From a virus, in IMG/VR virus record IMGVR_UViG_3300005393_000209: a stretch of DNA of 64,000 bases; one strand, 5' to 3'. The translations under genes were made by a program, and so were the position numbers. Shown piece after piece: positions 28,800 to 37,136 of the stretch. Each line of letters begins with the position of its first letter. Positions within the stretch are counted from its first letter, which is position 1. The notes beneath the pieces are model-generated. The model was not told the DNA's origin. It made no database searches and saw nothing but the letters and a program-made list of their open reading frames with translations.

Positions 28800-30230
28800 A
28801 TGCAGGAAACCGAAAAGAAAACTCCCCTGATTAATCTCTACAAAGGGGATTGTGTTGATGTTTTTAAAACTCTCCCGGAGAACTCTATCGACGCGATAGT
28901 AACAGACCCTCCTTATGGCATAAGGTTTATGAATAAAAAATGGGATTATGAGATTCCAAGTGTAAAAATATGGGAGGAAGCTTTCCGATTACTAAAACCG
29001 GGAGCTTATATCCTTGTCGCTTGTGGAACTCGAACATATCACAGAATGGTTTCCAATATCGAGGATGCAGGGTTTCAAATCAGGGATTGTATCGTTTGGG
29101 CCTATGGAAGCGGTTTTCCAAAAGGTCTCAATATATCCAAGGATATAGATAGACAACTAGGGTGCGAGAGGGAAGTGGTAGGCAAAGCAACCAGACATGG
29201 TGGCGGTAATTCACAAATAATAAAAGGTGATTATAATCCTGACATCACCATACCCTCATCACCCCTCGCTAAACAATACGACGGGTATCATACAGCCCTT
29301 AAACCAGCTATCGAACTTTGGTGCCTCGCCATGAAACCAATATCCGAAAAAAATATCGCACAAAATGTCCTCAAATGGGGAACAGGAGGAATTAATGTCG
29401 ATAGTTGTAGAATACCTACAAAGGATAGTTTATCCGGAGGAAATGTATCCGGGCAATATAAAGCTTATGATGGTTGGGACAGACCGTGGAGGCATGACGC
29501 CGAACATCTAAAGATAATAAAAGAAATAGCTAAAGAAAAAATAAAATTAGCGGAGGAGTTAGGGAGGTGGCCAGCAAACCTTATTATTGAGAACAGTGAT
29601 GAAGTTAAGGAGCTTTTCCCAATAACAAAGAGCGGAAAAATGAATCAGCACGTTAATGGCGGACAATATAATATATTCGGAAAACAGTATCCTCGTCATG
29701 TCAAAACTCATGGAGACTCAGGCTCCGCCTCCCGCTTCTTTAAGCTTATCCCTAATGATACATCAAGGGAAAATTGTATCCAATTCAGTAAGCTTAAGCG
29801 TCATTTTAGTTACGGGGAAGAATCAGACTTATCGGCGGCCAGATTCTTTGCCTCATTTTCACTTCATGATGATAAACGACTTATTTACTGTTCTAAAGCG
29901 TCTCCCAAAGAGAGGAACGAGGGTCTCAATGAACTTCCTGCTGAGAATAATATGAGAGTTAACGCTCCAAGAAGTAATGAACAGGAAAAATTTCAGACAA
30001 AACACCGGAATAATCATCCAACAGTTAAGCCAATATCTCTTATGAGGTATTTATGCCGCCTAGTCACTCCTCCTGAAGGTATTATCCTCGACCCCTTTAT
30101 GGGGAGCGGCTCCACCGGGGTAGCTGCATTCATGGAGGATTTTAATTTTATCGGGATAGAAATTAATCCAGAATATTTTATAATATCAAAAAAGAGAATA
30201 GAGTATTATAAAACAGGAAAAGCCGCCTAA
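28800..30230 (+). CDS. Beta-class DNA adenine methyltransferase 3 (long phage type)
   Basis: TDPPY, YGSGFPK, GRWPAN, HPTVKP, LDPFMGSGSTG. Confidence 0.93.
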   Translation: MQETEKKTPLINLYKGDCVDVFKTLPENSIDAIVTDPPYGIRFMNKKWDYEIPSVKIWEEAFRLLKPGAYILVACGTRTYHRMVSNIEDAGFQIRDCIVWAYGSGFPKGLNISKDIDRQLGCEREVVGKATRHGGGNSQIIKGDYNPDITIPSSPLAKQYDGYHTALKPAIELWCLAMKPISEKNIAQNVLKWGTGGINVDSCRIPTKDSLSGGNVSGQYKAYDGWDRPWRHDAEHLKIIKEIAKEKIKLAEELGRWPANLIIENSDEVKELFPITKSGKMNQHVNGGQYNIFGKQYPRHVKTHGDSGSASRFFKLIPNDTSRENCIQFSKLKRHFSYGEESDLSAARFFASFSLHDDKRLIYCSKASPKERNEGLNELPAENNMRVNAPRSNEQEKFQTKHRNNHPTVKPISLMRYLCRLVTPPEGIILDPFMGSGSTGVAAFMEDFNFIGIEINPEYFIISKKRIEYYKTGKAA

Positions 30231-30275
30231 AAAGACGGCTTCCCCTGACAAAAACAAAAAAGGAAAAACAAACAT
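30212..30275 (-). ncRNA. Candidate ~60-nt antisense sRNA (promoter 30280-30308, terminator 30220-30241)
   Basis: TTGACA-17-TATCCT; U-rich body complementary to early-gene SD leaders; hairpin pairs fully only on minus strand (G.U). Confidence 0.55.
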
Positions 30276-30325
30276 ATAAAGGATATCTTACCCTGACTAT
30301 GTTGTCAACAAGGATGTTAAAATTA

Positions 30326-30352
30326 AAAAGGCTCCTCTCAGGGAGCCTTTTT
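30326..30352. terminator. Bidirectional terminator
   Basis: AAAAGGCTCC...GGAGCCTTTT. Confidence 0.75.
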
Positions 30353-30355
30353 AAA

Positions 30356-30562
30356 CTAAGCATAAAGCTGATACCAATCCTTTTCACCTATCCTGAAGAT
30401 TACATTTCCAACCTCATCGCAAGCTATTCCTCCTTTAACCGCCTTCTTTTTGTCTACCATATAGTATTTTGTCTTCCCAACTTGCTTTGCTTCTGCTTCA
30501 ACTTTTGTCACTTTGCCGCTCTTTACGAATACTATTGTTTCTTTTGTTACTGGGAATTCCAT
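30356..30562 (-). CDS. Small early protein
   Basis: Own promoter (-35 at 30622-30627), AAGGAGAAACAAA leader, terminator. Confidence 0.65.
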   Translation of the reverse strand: MEFPVTKETIVFVKSGKVTKVEAEAKQVGKTKYYMVDKKKAVKGGIACDEVGNVIFRIGEKDWYQLYA

Positions 30563-30702
30563 TTTGTTTCTCCTTGAAGTGTGTTTTGTTAAGAACCCTT
30601 ATAATGCACGACTAAAAGCGATGTCAAGAAAAAAATACATGAAACAACTTATTTTGTATAAAAAATCTTTAACTTTTTGTTCCGTACGCGTACGCGCACA
30701 TT

Positions 30703-30730
30703 AAAAAACCCCGTTTCCGGGGTTTTCTTT
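30703..30730. terminator. Terminator
   Basis: AAAACCCC-GTTTCC-GGGGTTTT flanked by A/T runs. Confidence 0.75.
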
Positions 30731-31078
30731 CTATACTATCCGTATAGTATCCGCATGGGAGGAAAAGAGAGGCCACAACTCCTGTCTTATTGAGGAGTAT
30801 TCTATTTCCCCTTTATTCCTGTTATTAACAAATAATACAGGGAAGCCGCAGCCTTCAACACGTTTTTTCTCGTAGATAACCTCACTGTCTCCTCCGAAAG
30901 CTATCTTTTTCCCTTTCCAAAACGCCTCAAAAGCTATTCTCCCTACTTCTTTACAAACAACCGTGAGATTATCTGTAAGCCTGAGCGCCTCGACATTGCT
31001 TTTTGAGTTTTTAATTGATTCCATTGTAGCCGCTAATTCTCTTTTTGACTTTGTGAATTCCATTCTCATGTTAGGCAT
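30731..31078 (-). CDS. Early hypothetical protein
   Basis: Own promoter TTGACA(31147)-17-TAATTT and AAGGAGAGACAAA leader. Confidence 0.65.
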   Translation of the reverse strand: MPNMRMEFTKSKRELAATMESIKNSKSNVEALRLTDNLTVVCKEVGRIAFEAFWKGKKIAFGGDSEVIYEKKRVEGCGFPVLFVNNRNKGEIEYSSIRQELWPLFSSHADTIRIV

Positions 31079-31165
31079 TTTGTCTCTCCTTTGTGGTTTT
31101 GTTTCGTTCGTGATTTCAAAATTACATTACAAAAAACATTTTGTCAAGAAAAAAATACATTCAAC

Positions 31166-31198
31166 AAAAAAAAGGCTCCGGAAATCTGGAGCCTTTTT
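31166..31198. terminator. Bidirectional terminator
   Basis: AAAAAGGCTCC...GGAGCCTTTTT. Confidence 0.75.
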
Positions 31199-31219
31199 AA
31201 AAGCCTTACAAGTTACCCA

Positions 31220-31462
31220 TTAATCCTCGCTCCATTCCCTTTCCCCACGAGAGTTCCTGTATTCCCAACCCCTTCTATGTCTGTTACCAGTGTAAACAGT
31301 TTCTCCTCTACTATTTCTCCAAGTCTCCGTATTCCCGCTTCTCGTAATCGTTCCAGCAGTTGTTCCGTCACTTCTCCTGAGCGTTCTGTTTTTCTGCTCC
31401 CCTTCAGCCCCGTGAAACATAAGTAAAACAAATAAAATAGCCAACATCCTCATTGTTCTCAT
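31220..31462 (-). CDS. Small exported protein with beta-hairpin repeats
   Basis: Signal-peptide-like N-terminus; repeated (W/Y)RNSRGE. Confidence 0.55.
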   Translation of the reverse strand: MRTMRMLAILFVLLMFHGAEGEQKNRTLRRSDGTTAGTITRSGNTETWRNSRGETVYTGNRHRRGWEYRNSRGEREWSED

Positions 31463-31475
31463 CCTTTCTTAAAGT

Positions 31476-31545
31476 AAAATTAAAGCCGCTCCTGAGGAAG
31501 GTAGCGGCTTTATAGTGTAGTGAGTTGGGAGGTAACTTTTAGTGA
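31476..31545 (-). ncRNA. Candidate ~70-nt sRNA or attenuated leader with anti-SD sequence
   Basis: Promoter TTGACA(31579)-17-TACTAG, ACCUCCC body, AAAGCCGCU...AGCGGCUUU hairpin. Confidence 0.4.
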
Positions 31546-31606
31546 TTCTCCTAGTATCAGGAGCGTTACATTTTGTCAAGAAAAAAATACATAAGACATA
31601 AAAAAA

Positions 31607-31843
31607 TTATACTTCAAGGAACTCTAATTTCCCAAAATTCTCTATTATTAAATCTGTAAATTCTTTCCTGCTTATTTCCTCCTTCATCCCGTTTTTCCAA
31701 CAGACAATCCCGAAAAAATAACTAGAAAACTCTTTGTCTCCCGCCTTTATCCTCCCTCCCCGGAATAATAGTGTTAAACAACTATCAATAAAGTGTTCTG
31801 TTACGTCATTACCCTCTATCTTATCAAAAATCCTTTCCCCCAT
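31607..31843 (-). CDS. Hypothetical protein (L..GG-domain paralog)
   Basis: ORF; similarity to C-termini of 31846 and 32476 genes. Confidence 0.55.
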   Translation of the reverse strand: MGERIFDKIEGNDVTEHFIDSCLTLLFRGGRIKAGDKEFSSYFFGIVCWKNGMKEEISRKEFTDLIIENFGKLEFLEV

Positions 31844-31845
31844 TT

Positions 31846-32277
31846 CTATTTTTCCTCGAATTTAATCCTTATTTTCTTGTCGTGGGCATACAACAAATAA
31901 TCATAAAAATCCTCCAAATCAAGCTTCTTTCCATTTATTACAGGTATATTGTTCTCCAGCGTGAGGAACTGCTCTTCTCCAACAGAAACCTTTCCACCCT
32001 CATAAAGAAATCCTATTATCCCAACCCCGAAATCCTCGATTCTCGACAATAACCTCATGCCTAAGCTATCCTCTATATCCTGAATCTTCTCCCTTGCATC
32101 CGAAATCCCTTTTCCCGCTTCACGAACTTTCTCAGTATTCCCTCCAGAATAATCAAAATCCCTTAAATCCTTAAGTATCGAGGATATGTTTTCATTACAT
32201 TCCTCAATATGTCTCCTCTCCTCAATCAAGTTTACTATTTCCATTGAAATTCGCTCTAAACTAGCCGTGGCTGACAT
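31846..32277 (-). CDS. Hypothetical protein (coiled coil + L..GG domain)
   Basis: Own promoter TTGACA(32338)-17-TACATT and SD. Confidence 0.6.
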   Translation of the reverse strand: MSATASLERISMEIVNLIEERRHIEECNENISSILKDLRDFDYSGGNTEKVREAGKGISDAREKIQDIEDSLGMRLLSRIEDFGVGIIGFLYEGGKVSVGEEQFLTLENNIPVINGKKLDLEDFYDYLLYAHDKKIRIKFEEK

Positions 32278-32475
32278 GTTCTCCCTCCTTTGTTAATATC
32301 TGTTTGTTAAATGTAAAAGGAAAAAGACAAAATGTCAACAAAAGGAGACAAAAAAAAGGAGCCAACAGACTCCTTTTTCCTTAACAGGTATTATTCACGG
32401 TTTATAAGAAGGAAACTCCCTAAAAATATTAAAAATATTGTAATCCAACTCGAATAATAAGCAACATCAACAATC

Positions 32476-32934
32476 CTACTCATCTTCCCTCCTATACCAT
32501 TCAATATCAGCGATATTCTCTAGTATCCAACCCCAATAATCATTAAAATTCTTATAAACCCTCTTTCCTATTCTGTAATTTTCCCCTTCCTTCTTTACCT
32601 CCTGCATTCCTAGTGAATTTATTACCCAAAAAGAACCACCTATTTCTAAAAACTTTATTAATAGCAGAAAGAACCTATTAAATTCTGACTCATATTTCTT
32701 TAATACCTCGAATTCTACTAATGATATATCCTCTAAACTATCCTCGAAACCCCTTAAAATCCCCTCAATCACAAATGTTCCCATCCTTACACCTTCGGCG
32801 GATTCCTGAACTCCTTTAATAATGCTATTCAAATCATACTTAGCCCTTCTTATCGTGTATCTCATACGTGAGATATCCAAAACCCTTTGTCTCAATAGCT
32901 CCAACTGCTCAACCTTCTTATTCCAATCCTCCAT
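32476..32934 (-). CDS. Hypothetical protein (coiled coil + L..GG domain)
   Basis: GGAGG SD before MEDWNKK. Confidence 0.55.
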   Translation of the reverse strand: MEDWNKKVEQLELLRQRVLDISRMRYTIRRAKYDLNSIIKGVQESAEGVRMGTFVIEGILRGFEDSLEDISLVEFEVLKKYESEFNRFFLLLIKFLEIGGSFWVINSLGMQEVKKEGENYRIGKRVYKNFNDYWGWILENIADIEWYRREDE

Positions 32935-33259
32935 CTTCCCTCCTAAACTCACGAACAGGTATATTCCTTTTAATTGCCTCCTCTATTTCCCTTGAAGTTC
33001 CCTTACTCTTCTCCCACCCCGGCATCAATAAAACCATATCCGAAACCTCAACCCATCCTAAACTATGTCTCTGATATTCCTGCAAGCCGATATACTCAAC
33101 AAGGCTAAATTGACTATCTAACCACGGACAAAATACACTGTAACCCTCCTTTACTAACTGAGCTCCCGCTTTTATTCCTCTCCTCATATTCCCCAAAACA
33201 TCAATAACATTATCCGCCCCGTAAGGCCCCGCTAAATATACCCTCTTAATCTTTCCCAT
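32918..33259 (-). CDS. DUF4406/nucleoside 2-deoxyribosyltransferase-like protein
   Basis: VYLAGPY, GYSVFCP, D.V.LMPGWEKSKG..E. Confidence 0.8.
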   Translation of the reverse strand: MGKIKRVYLAGPYGADNVIDVLGNMRRGIKAGAQLVKEGYSVFCPWLDSQFSLVEYIGLQEYQRHSLGWVEVSDMVLLMPGWEKSKGTSREIEEAIKRNIPVREFRREDGGLE

Positions 33260-33261
33260 TT

Positions 33262-33477
33262 TTATCTCCTACGCCTATTCTGTTCCTGAAAAAATAGCTT
33301 ATTAGCTAAATCAATAGCCTCTCTTTCATCCTTAGCCTCAATAGCTACCTCTAAATATTCGCCGACAATAGAAACTTCATCCAAATCCAACAGAAAAACA
33401 GCAGACAAGCTAACACCTTCACGTCGCTTAACCCTCCAAATCTTCCTCATTATCCTCTCCCTTGTTGTATGGCTCAT
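33262..33477 (-). CDS. Hypothetical protein
   Basis: ORF in minus-strand early operon. Confidence 0.45.
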   Translation of the reverse strand: MSHTTRERIMRKIWRVKRREGVSLSAVFLLDLDEVSIVGEYLEVAIEAKDEREAIDLANKLFFQEQNRRRR

Positions 33478-33515
33478 TCCAACGCTCGTGGATATACCTC
33501 AACTCCTCAGTTCTG

Positions 33516-33761
33516 CTAATCACCTTCATTTCCATAACCATTCTCCTCTAAAAAACCCTTTAATGACTCCAGACATTTCTTCCCCTGCTTAACATCCACC
33601 AATATCTCGTCGTAGAGACCCTCTAAATCAATATCCTCACTCCCATACTTCAAGTCTAAAGCCAAAAACTCCAACTTATCCATCATAGCGCTAATCTGGT
33701 ATACCCACGACATAGGAGCCGGGATATAATCAAGCCCTAAAATCTTAATCAACTCCTGCAT
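33516..33761 (-). CDS. Hypothetical protein
   Basis: GGAG SD before MQELIK. Confidence 0.5.
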   Translation of the reverse strand: MQELIKILGLDYIPAPMSWVYQISAMMDKLEFLALDLKYGSEDIDLEGLYDEILVDVKQGKKCLESLKGFLEENGYGNEGD

Positions 33762-34017
33762 TATCTCCCTCCGATAGAACTCTCCCGTAAGTAGAATTAA
33801 AACCAAAAACAACTACCCTGTTAACCCTCCACGCCCCATGAGCACAAAAAGAATCCCATAGAACTAATTCCATCTTCTTATCCAAATGACATAAATATCC
33901 ATCAACATCATAGACAGAATATACACAGTTAGAACAGTTCATATCCTCAAATCGAGGATTAACCACCCGCTTCATCTCAGGCATCACTCCCTCCTGTAAC
34001 CGCAGAATCCACCTCAT
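33745..34017 (-). CDS. Small Cys-rich protein, resembles 28218-28493
   Basis: CSNC...C.LD...FC..GAW. Confidence 0.5.
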   Translation of the reverse strand: MRWILRLQEGVMPEMKRVVNPRFEDMNCSNCVYSVYDVDGYLCHLDKKMELVLWDSFCAHGAWRVNRVVVFGFNSTYGRVLSEGDNAGVD

Positions 34018-34195
34018 TACCCTCCTTATACGCAGACTCCACCAAAGGAAACCCTTCCCTTAAAGCAGACTCCAAGTCATCGGCCAAAACGTGAACGCCG
34101 TAACTATTCCCCAAAGCTACCACCTCCCCCAACCTCAGAACCGGACTAACAAATAAACCATCCGGCCTCCTCAATAACTTATAAATCATTATCAT
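33977..34195 (-). CDS. Hypothetical protein, first gene of leftward early operon
   Basis: GGAGG SD; promoter TTGACA(34250)-17-TACTTT. Confidence 0.55.
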   Translation of the reverse strand: MIMIYKLLRRPDGLFVSPVLRLGEVVALGNSYGVHVLADDLESALREGFPLVESAYKEGNEVDSAVTGGSDA

Positions 34196-34299
34196 CCTCC
34201 TGATATCCTGAACTTTAGCCTAAAGTATCCTCCATTTAACATTTTGTCAAGGCTAAATGACATAAGGAATTTAGTGAAGAATTAAGGAGGGGTTTAGTA

Positions 34300-34830
34300 A
34301 AAAATGAAAATTTTTGGGGAGTTACTCCCCCCCCAATAGGGGTAGGGGGGAGTCGAGGAGGTCGAGGGGTAGTACTCAAGACACCTCGAAGTATACCTCA
34401 GGGGAAAAGCTCCTCCCGAAAGTCGAGAGGATAGAGAGAGTGAAGGAGGCATTGACTCTCATCAGAGAGGAGTCAGGTTCTAATGTGCTATCATGAGTCA
34501 TGATGATACACCTCCTGAAATTACTAAGGGAATCCATCTTGGCAATCAATCCTGTAATCATTTCTTTTGCAGTTCCTAAAGACTCCTTGAGATTTTCTCG
34601 AAGAATCCTTCAGTCAGTGACTCCATCCTTGAGCTCTACCCCTTCCTTTCCCTTGAGAATGACATCGAGGGAAAAGGGATTAAGGGATAAGGTATTACGG
34701 AGGGTATTGTACTTGTACCCATGAGCGGGATAAGGGGTATTTTCGAGGAGAATCCTCTCTATCGAGAAGGGAGAGGAAGTCGAGCTTCCTCCGGCTTCAG
34801 CAGGGCGCGGTTCCCATCATTGTCTTCCAG
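34300..34830. other. Hairpin-rich non-coding island with clustered TCGAG; candidate packaging/terminus region or ncRNA
   Basis: No credible ORF, multiple stems, nine TCGAG/CTCGA pentamers, strand-skew switch. Confidence 0.5.
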
Positions 34831-35011
34831 TCCATAATCATCCATCATATTTTATACAAAAACGTCATACCATATCCCCTTGAAATTACTACCCATAGAA
34901 TATCCTTCAAGCTTTACAAAATCCTTCTAAGTTATTAATAAAAGAAACAAATTCGTGTGTTACTTGTCACTTAAATTTAACACTACCTTTCATACATAAA
35001 AAGGAGGTTTT

Positions 35012-35617
35012 ATGGGAAAAGGAGAAGGAAAAGGGAAAGGGAGATACAGGACAAGAGATATACTCTTAGTGTATCCGTGGATTCCAAGGAGAACTTTATT
35101 GAAGCGGCTTTATGACAGATACGTATGCACGAGATGGAAGCGGACGGAGAAGGATAAATACAGGATATTCAGTATCGAGGATATTGTCGAGATAGGAATC
35201 CATGAAGAATTAATAATATATGGATTCATGGAGAGGAGTTCAAAATTGATGCGTAGTGTCATGGTAGTTGATGAGTTTATGTTGCCGATAGAGTTTCAAA
35301 GGAATGACAAAGGAGAGAGGATTGGAAGGAAGAGGATTTATAAGACAGGAGTTGTCAGGAGCTTCCCTGTTCCTGCTAATTGGAGTTGCGCTAACTTTAT
35401 AAGACACCACGACTATGAAGTCGTAGTTAGAGCGGTTGTAGAGCATTCTGAGGGGAGGAGATACTATGGGGTTACTTATATACCTACTTCGTTACAAAGT
35501 AGTTTAAAATTCACCTACGTTGGGAATTTTAGCTGTTTAGACATAGATGTAAAAAGGATATATAATCACGTCTCCAGTTCTTTGACCGAGAATTCAACAT
35601 CTGAGATAATAGCTTGA
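35012..35617 (+). CDS. Hypothetical protein with possible MerR-like HTH N-terminus
   Basis: AAGGAGG SD; Y.T.DI.....IP.RTL...R.FS.EDI pattern. Confidence 0.5.
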   Translation: MGKGEGKGKGRYRTRDILLVYPWIPRRTLLKRLYDRYVCTRWKRTEKDKYRIFSIEDIVEIGIHEELIIYGFMERSSKLMRSVMVVDEFMLPIEFQRNDKGERIGRKRIYKTGVVRSFPVPANWSCANFIRHHDYEVVVRAVVEHSEGRRYYGVTYIPTSLQSSLKFTYVGNFSCLDIDVKRIYNHVSSSLTENSTSEIIA

Positions 35618-35946
35618 ATTTGAGCCACGAGTTCTGGATGTGCCGACATCCTCCTCCTAACCTCCTCTTTTATCATCTCCGCTGTTTCCTGATAGACTCT
35701 TGCCTTTTGATGTTCTCTTTGGTCTACCGTAATGACTGCTTTACCGAGAGTCGCAAACGCCATGACAAGCTTATAGAATTCATTTACATCTATTGACGTG
35801 GAGTAATTAACCTCTACGTTTTTAGTAATTGTGTCGCAGGTTTGGATAATCTTCTGGAGAACCTCCTTAAAACCATTCAAGACAGAATCATCAATTGCTT
35901 TAACTGGAGCAACATGAGTAATAACTTCGGTATTTCTCTTTGCCAT
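35566..35946 (-). CDS. Helical protein, possible terminase small subunit (DUF3486-like)
   Basis: C-terminal IKEEVRRRMSAHPELVAQI resembles Mu gp27/DUF3486 C-termini. Confidence 0.35.
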   Translation of the reverse strand: MAKRNTEVITHVAPVKAIDDSVLNGFKEVLQKIIQTCDTITKNVEVNYSTSIDVNEFYKLVMAFATLGKAVITVDQREHQKARVYQETAEMIKEEVRRRMSAHPELVAQIQAIISDVEFSVKELET

Positions 35947-36155
35947 TATTTCTTATCCTTATCAGATGAGATTCCTCTGAGCATTGCTCCAATAATGGCG
36001 GAAAGAGGAGATATTAAGGCTGAAATAACTTCAGAGTTTACAGCCTTTATTTTTGTTTCTGCTCCATACGGTTGGCCGATGGCTACGAATATTATAGCTA
36101 CTGTAAAGAGAATAAATCCGAGAGCTAAAGCTTTTTGGATTGCGTTTTCTGACAT
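35946..36155 (-). CDS. Small two-TM membrane protein (holin-like)
   Basis: Two hydrophobic helices; TAATG-coupled to 35946. Confidence 0.45.
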   Translation of the reverse strand: MSENAIQKALALGFILFTVAIIFVAIGQPYGAETKIKAVNSEVISALISPLSAIIGAMLRGISSDKDKK

Positions 36156-36268
36156 AAAAAAGAAAACCTCCCGAAAAAAAATATATTGTTATTATGAAAA
36201 AAAGCTTGACAAAATGTTCCATGCACGATATTTGTAGCTTCACATTACAACACAAAGGAGAAACAAAA

Positions 36269-36556
36269 ATGAAGGCTGCATTAAGAATCGCTCAAGAATT
36301 AGTTGCTTCCCTTGACAAACATTCTTACGAATATGGTTGTATCAGCAATCATATCTCAACAAGTCTGTATGACGCCCTTTGCAAAGGTCGTATCAACCGT
36401 TTCAAATATAACGGGAATGTCCTCTCTTACTCTCACAAAAATCATTGCTGGAAGCTTAACAGGAAGAATCTTGATACAAATTATCTTAATACCTCTCAGG
36501 AACTTGAGGCTCAAGCGAAGATTGAAATTCACTGGCCTCATGCTACAATCGAGTAA
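36269..36556 (+). CDS. Early hypothetical protein
   Basis: Promoter at 36206, AAAGGAGAAACAAAA leader, hairpin at 36566-36595. Confidence 0.65.
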   Translation: MKAALRIAQELVASLDKHSYEYGCISNHISTSLYDALCKGRINRFKYNGNVLSYSHKNHCWKLNRKNLDTNYLNTSQELEAQAKIEIHWPHATIE

Positions 36557-36612
36557 TATACCTTTCCCCGGAGGATTTCTCCTCCGGGATTTTTTTAAAA
36601 AGGAGAAACAAG

Positions 36613-36996
36613 ATGGAAGAATTCTTCAGAAGAGCTAGAAAGAATAAGCTAATTGCGGAGTGCGTCGAGGAGCTCTATGAGCTTTGGGTTGAATTAGGAA
36701 AACCAGAACCTCCCGAAGGGCCATCCACCGAGTTTAGAGGAGCTCCTGCTTTTCTTCATGAGGATGAAATCGAGGGTCTCTCTCCAGAGGATACAGAAAG
36801 GGAAGTTCAGCGATATAATGACTCCTTGGTTCAACTCCTTGAACTCTGCGATATAAGACATATAGGGAATGGAGTTTGGTATACCCAATATAACAAAGGA
36901 ACTAATGAATGGCAGGAATATATAGAGAAATCTTGGGAGATAGCTCATGATTACTTCACAAATTATATGTTTGATTTCTTTGTAGATACTCTATAA
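36613..36996 (+). CDS. Acidic hypothetical protein
   Basis: AAGGAGAAACAAG leader; terminator 37020-37060. Confidence 0.65.
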   Translation: MEEFFRRARKNKLIAECVEELYELWVELGKPEPPEGPSTEFRGAPAFLHEDEIEGLSPEDTEREVQRYNDSLVQLLELCDIRHIGNGVWYTQYNKGTNEWQEYIEKSWEIAHDYFTNYMFDFFVDTL

Positions 36997-37136
36997 AAAT
37001 AGTCATTCACCGTTAAGAGCCTTAATGGGGTAGAATCCTCATTAAGGTTTTTTATTTTTTTTAAAAAAAGCTTGACAAGAAAAACAGTTTGCATTATATA
37101 ACAGACATCAAACAAAAACACATAAGGAGAAACAAA

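Noticed and set aside
30683..30694. CGTACGCGTACG palindrome
   Set aside because: Single occurrence with no supporting context
34314..34724. Short ORFs in the structured island
   Set aside because: No convincing SD or protein-like composition; they overlap on both strands
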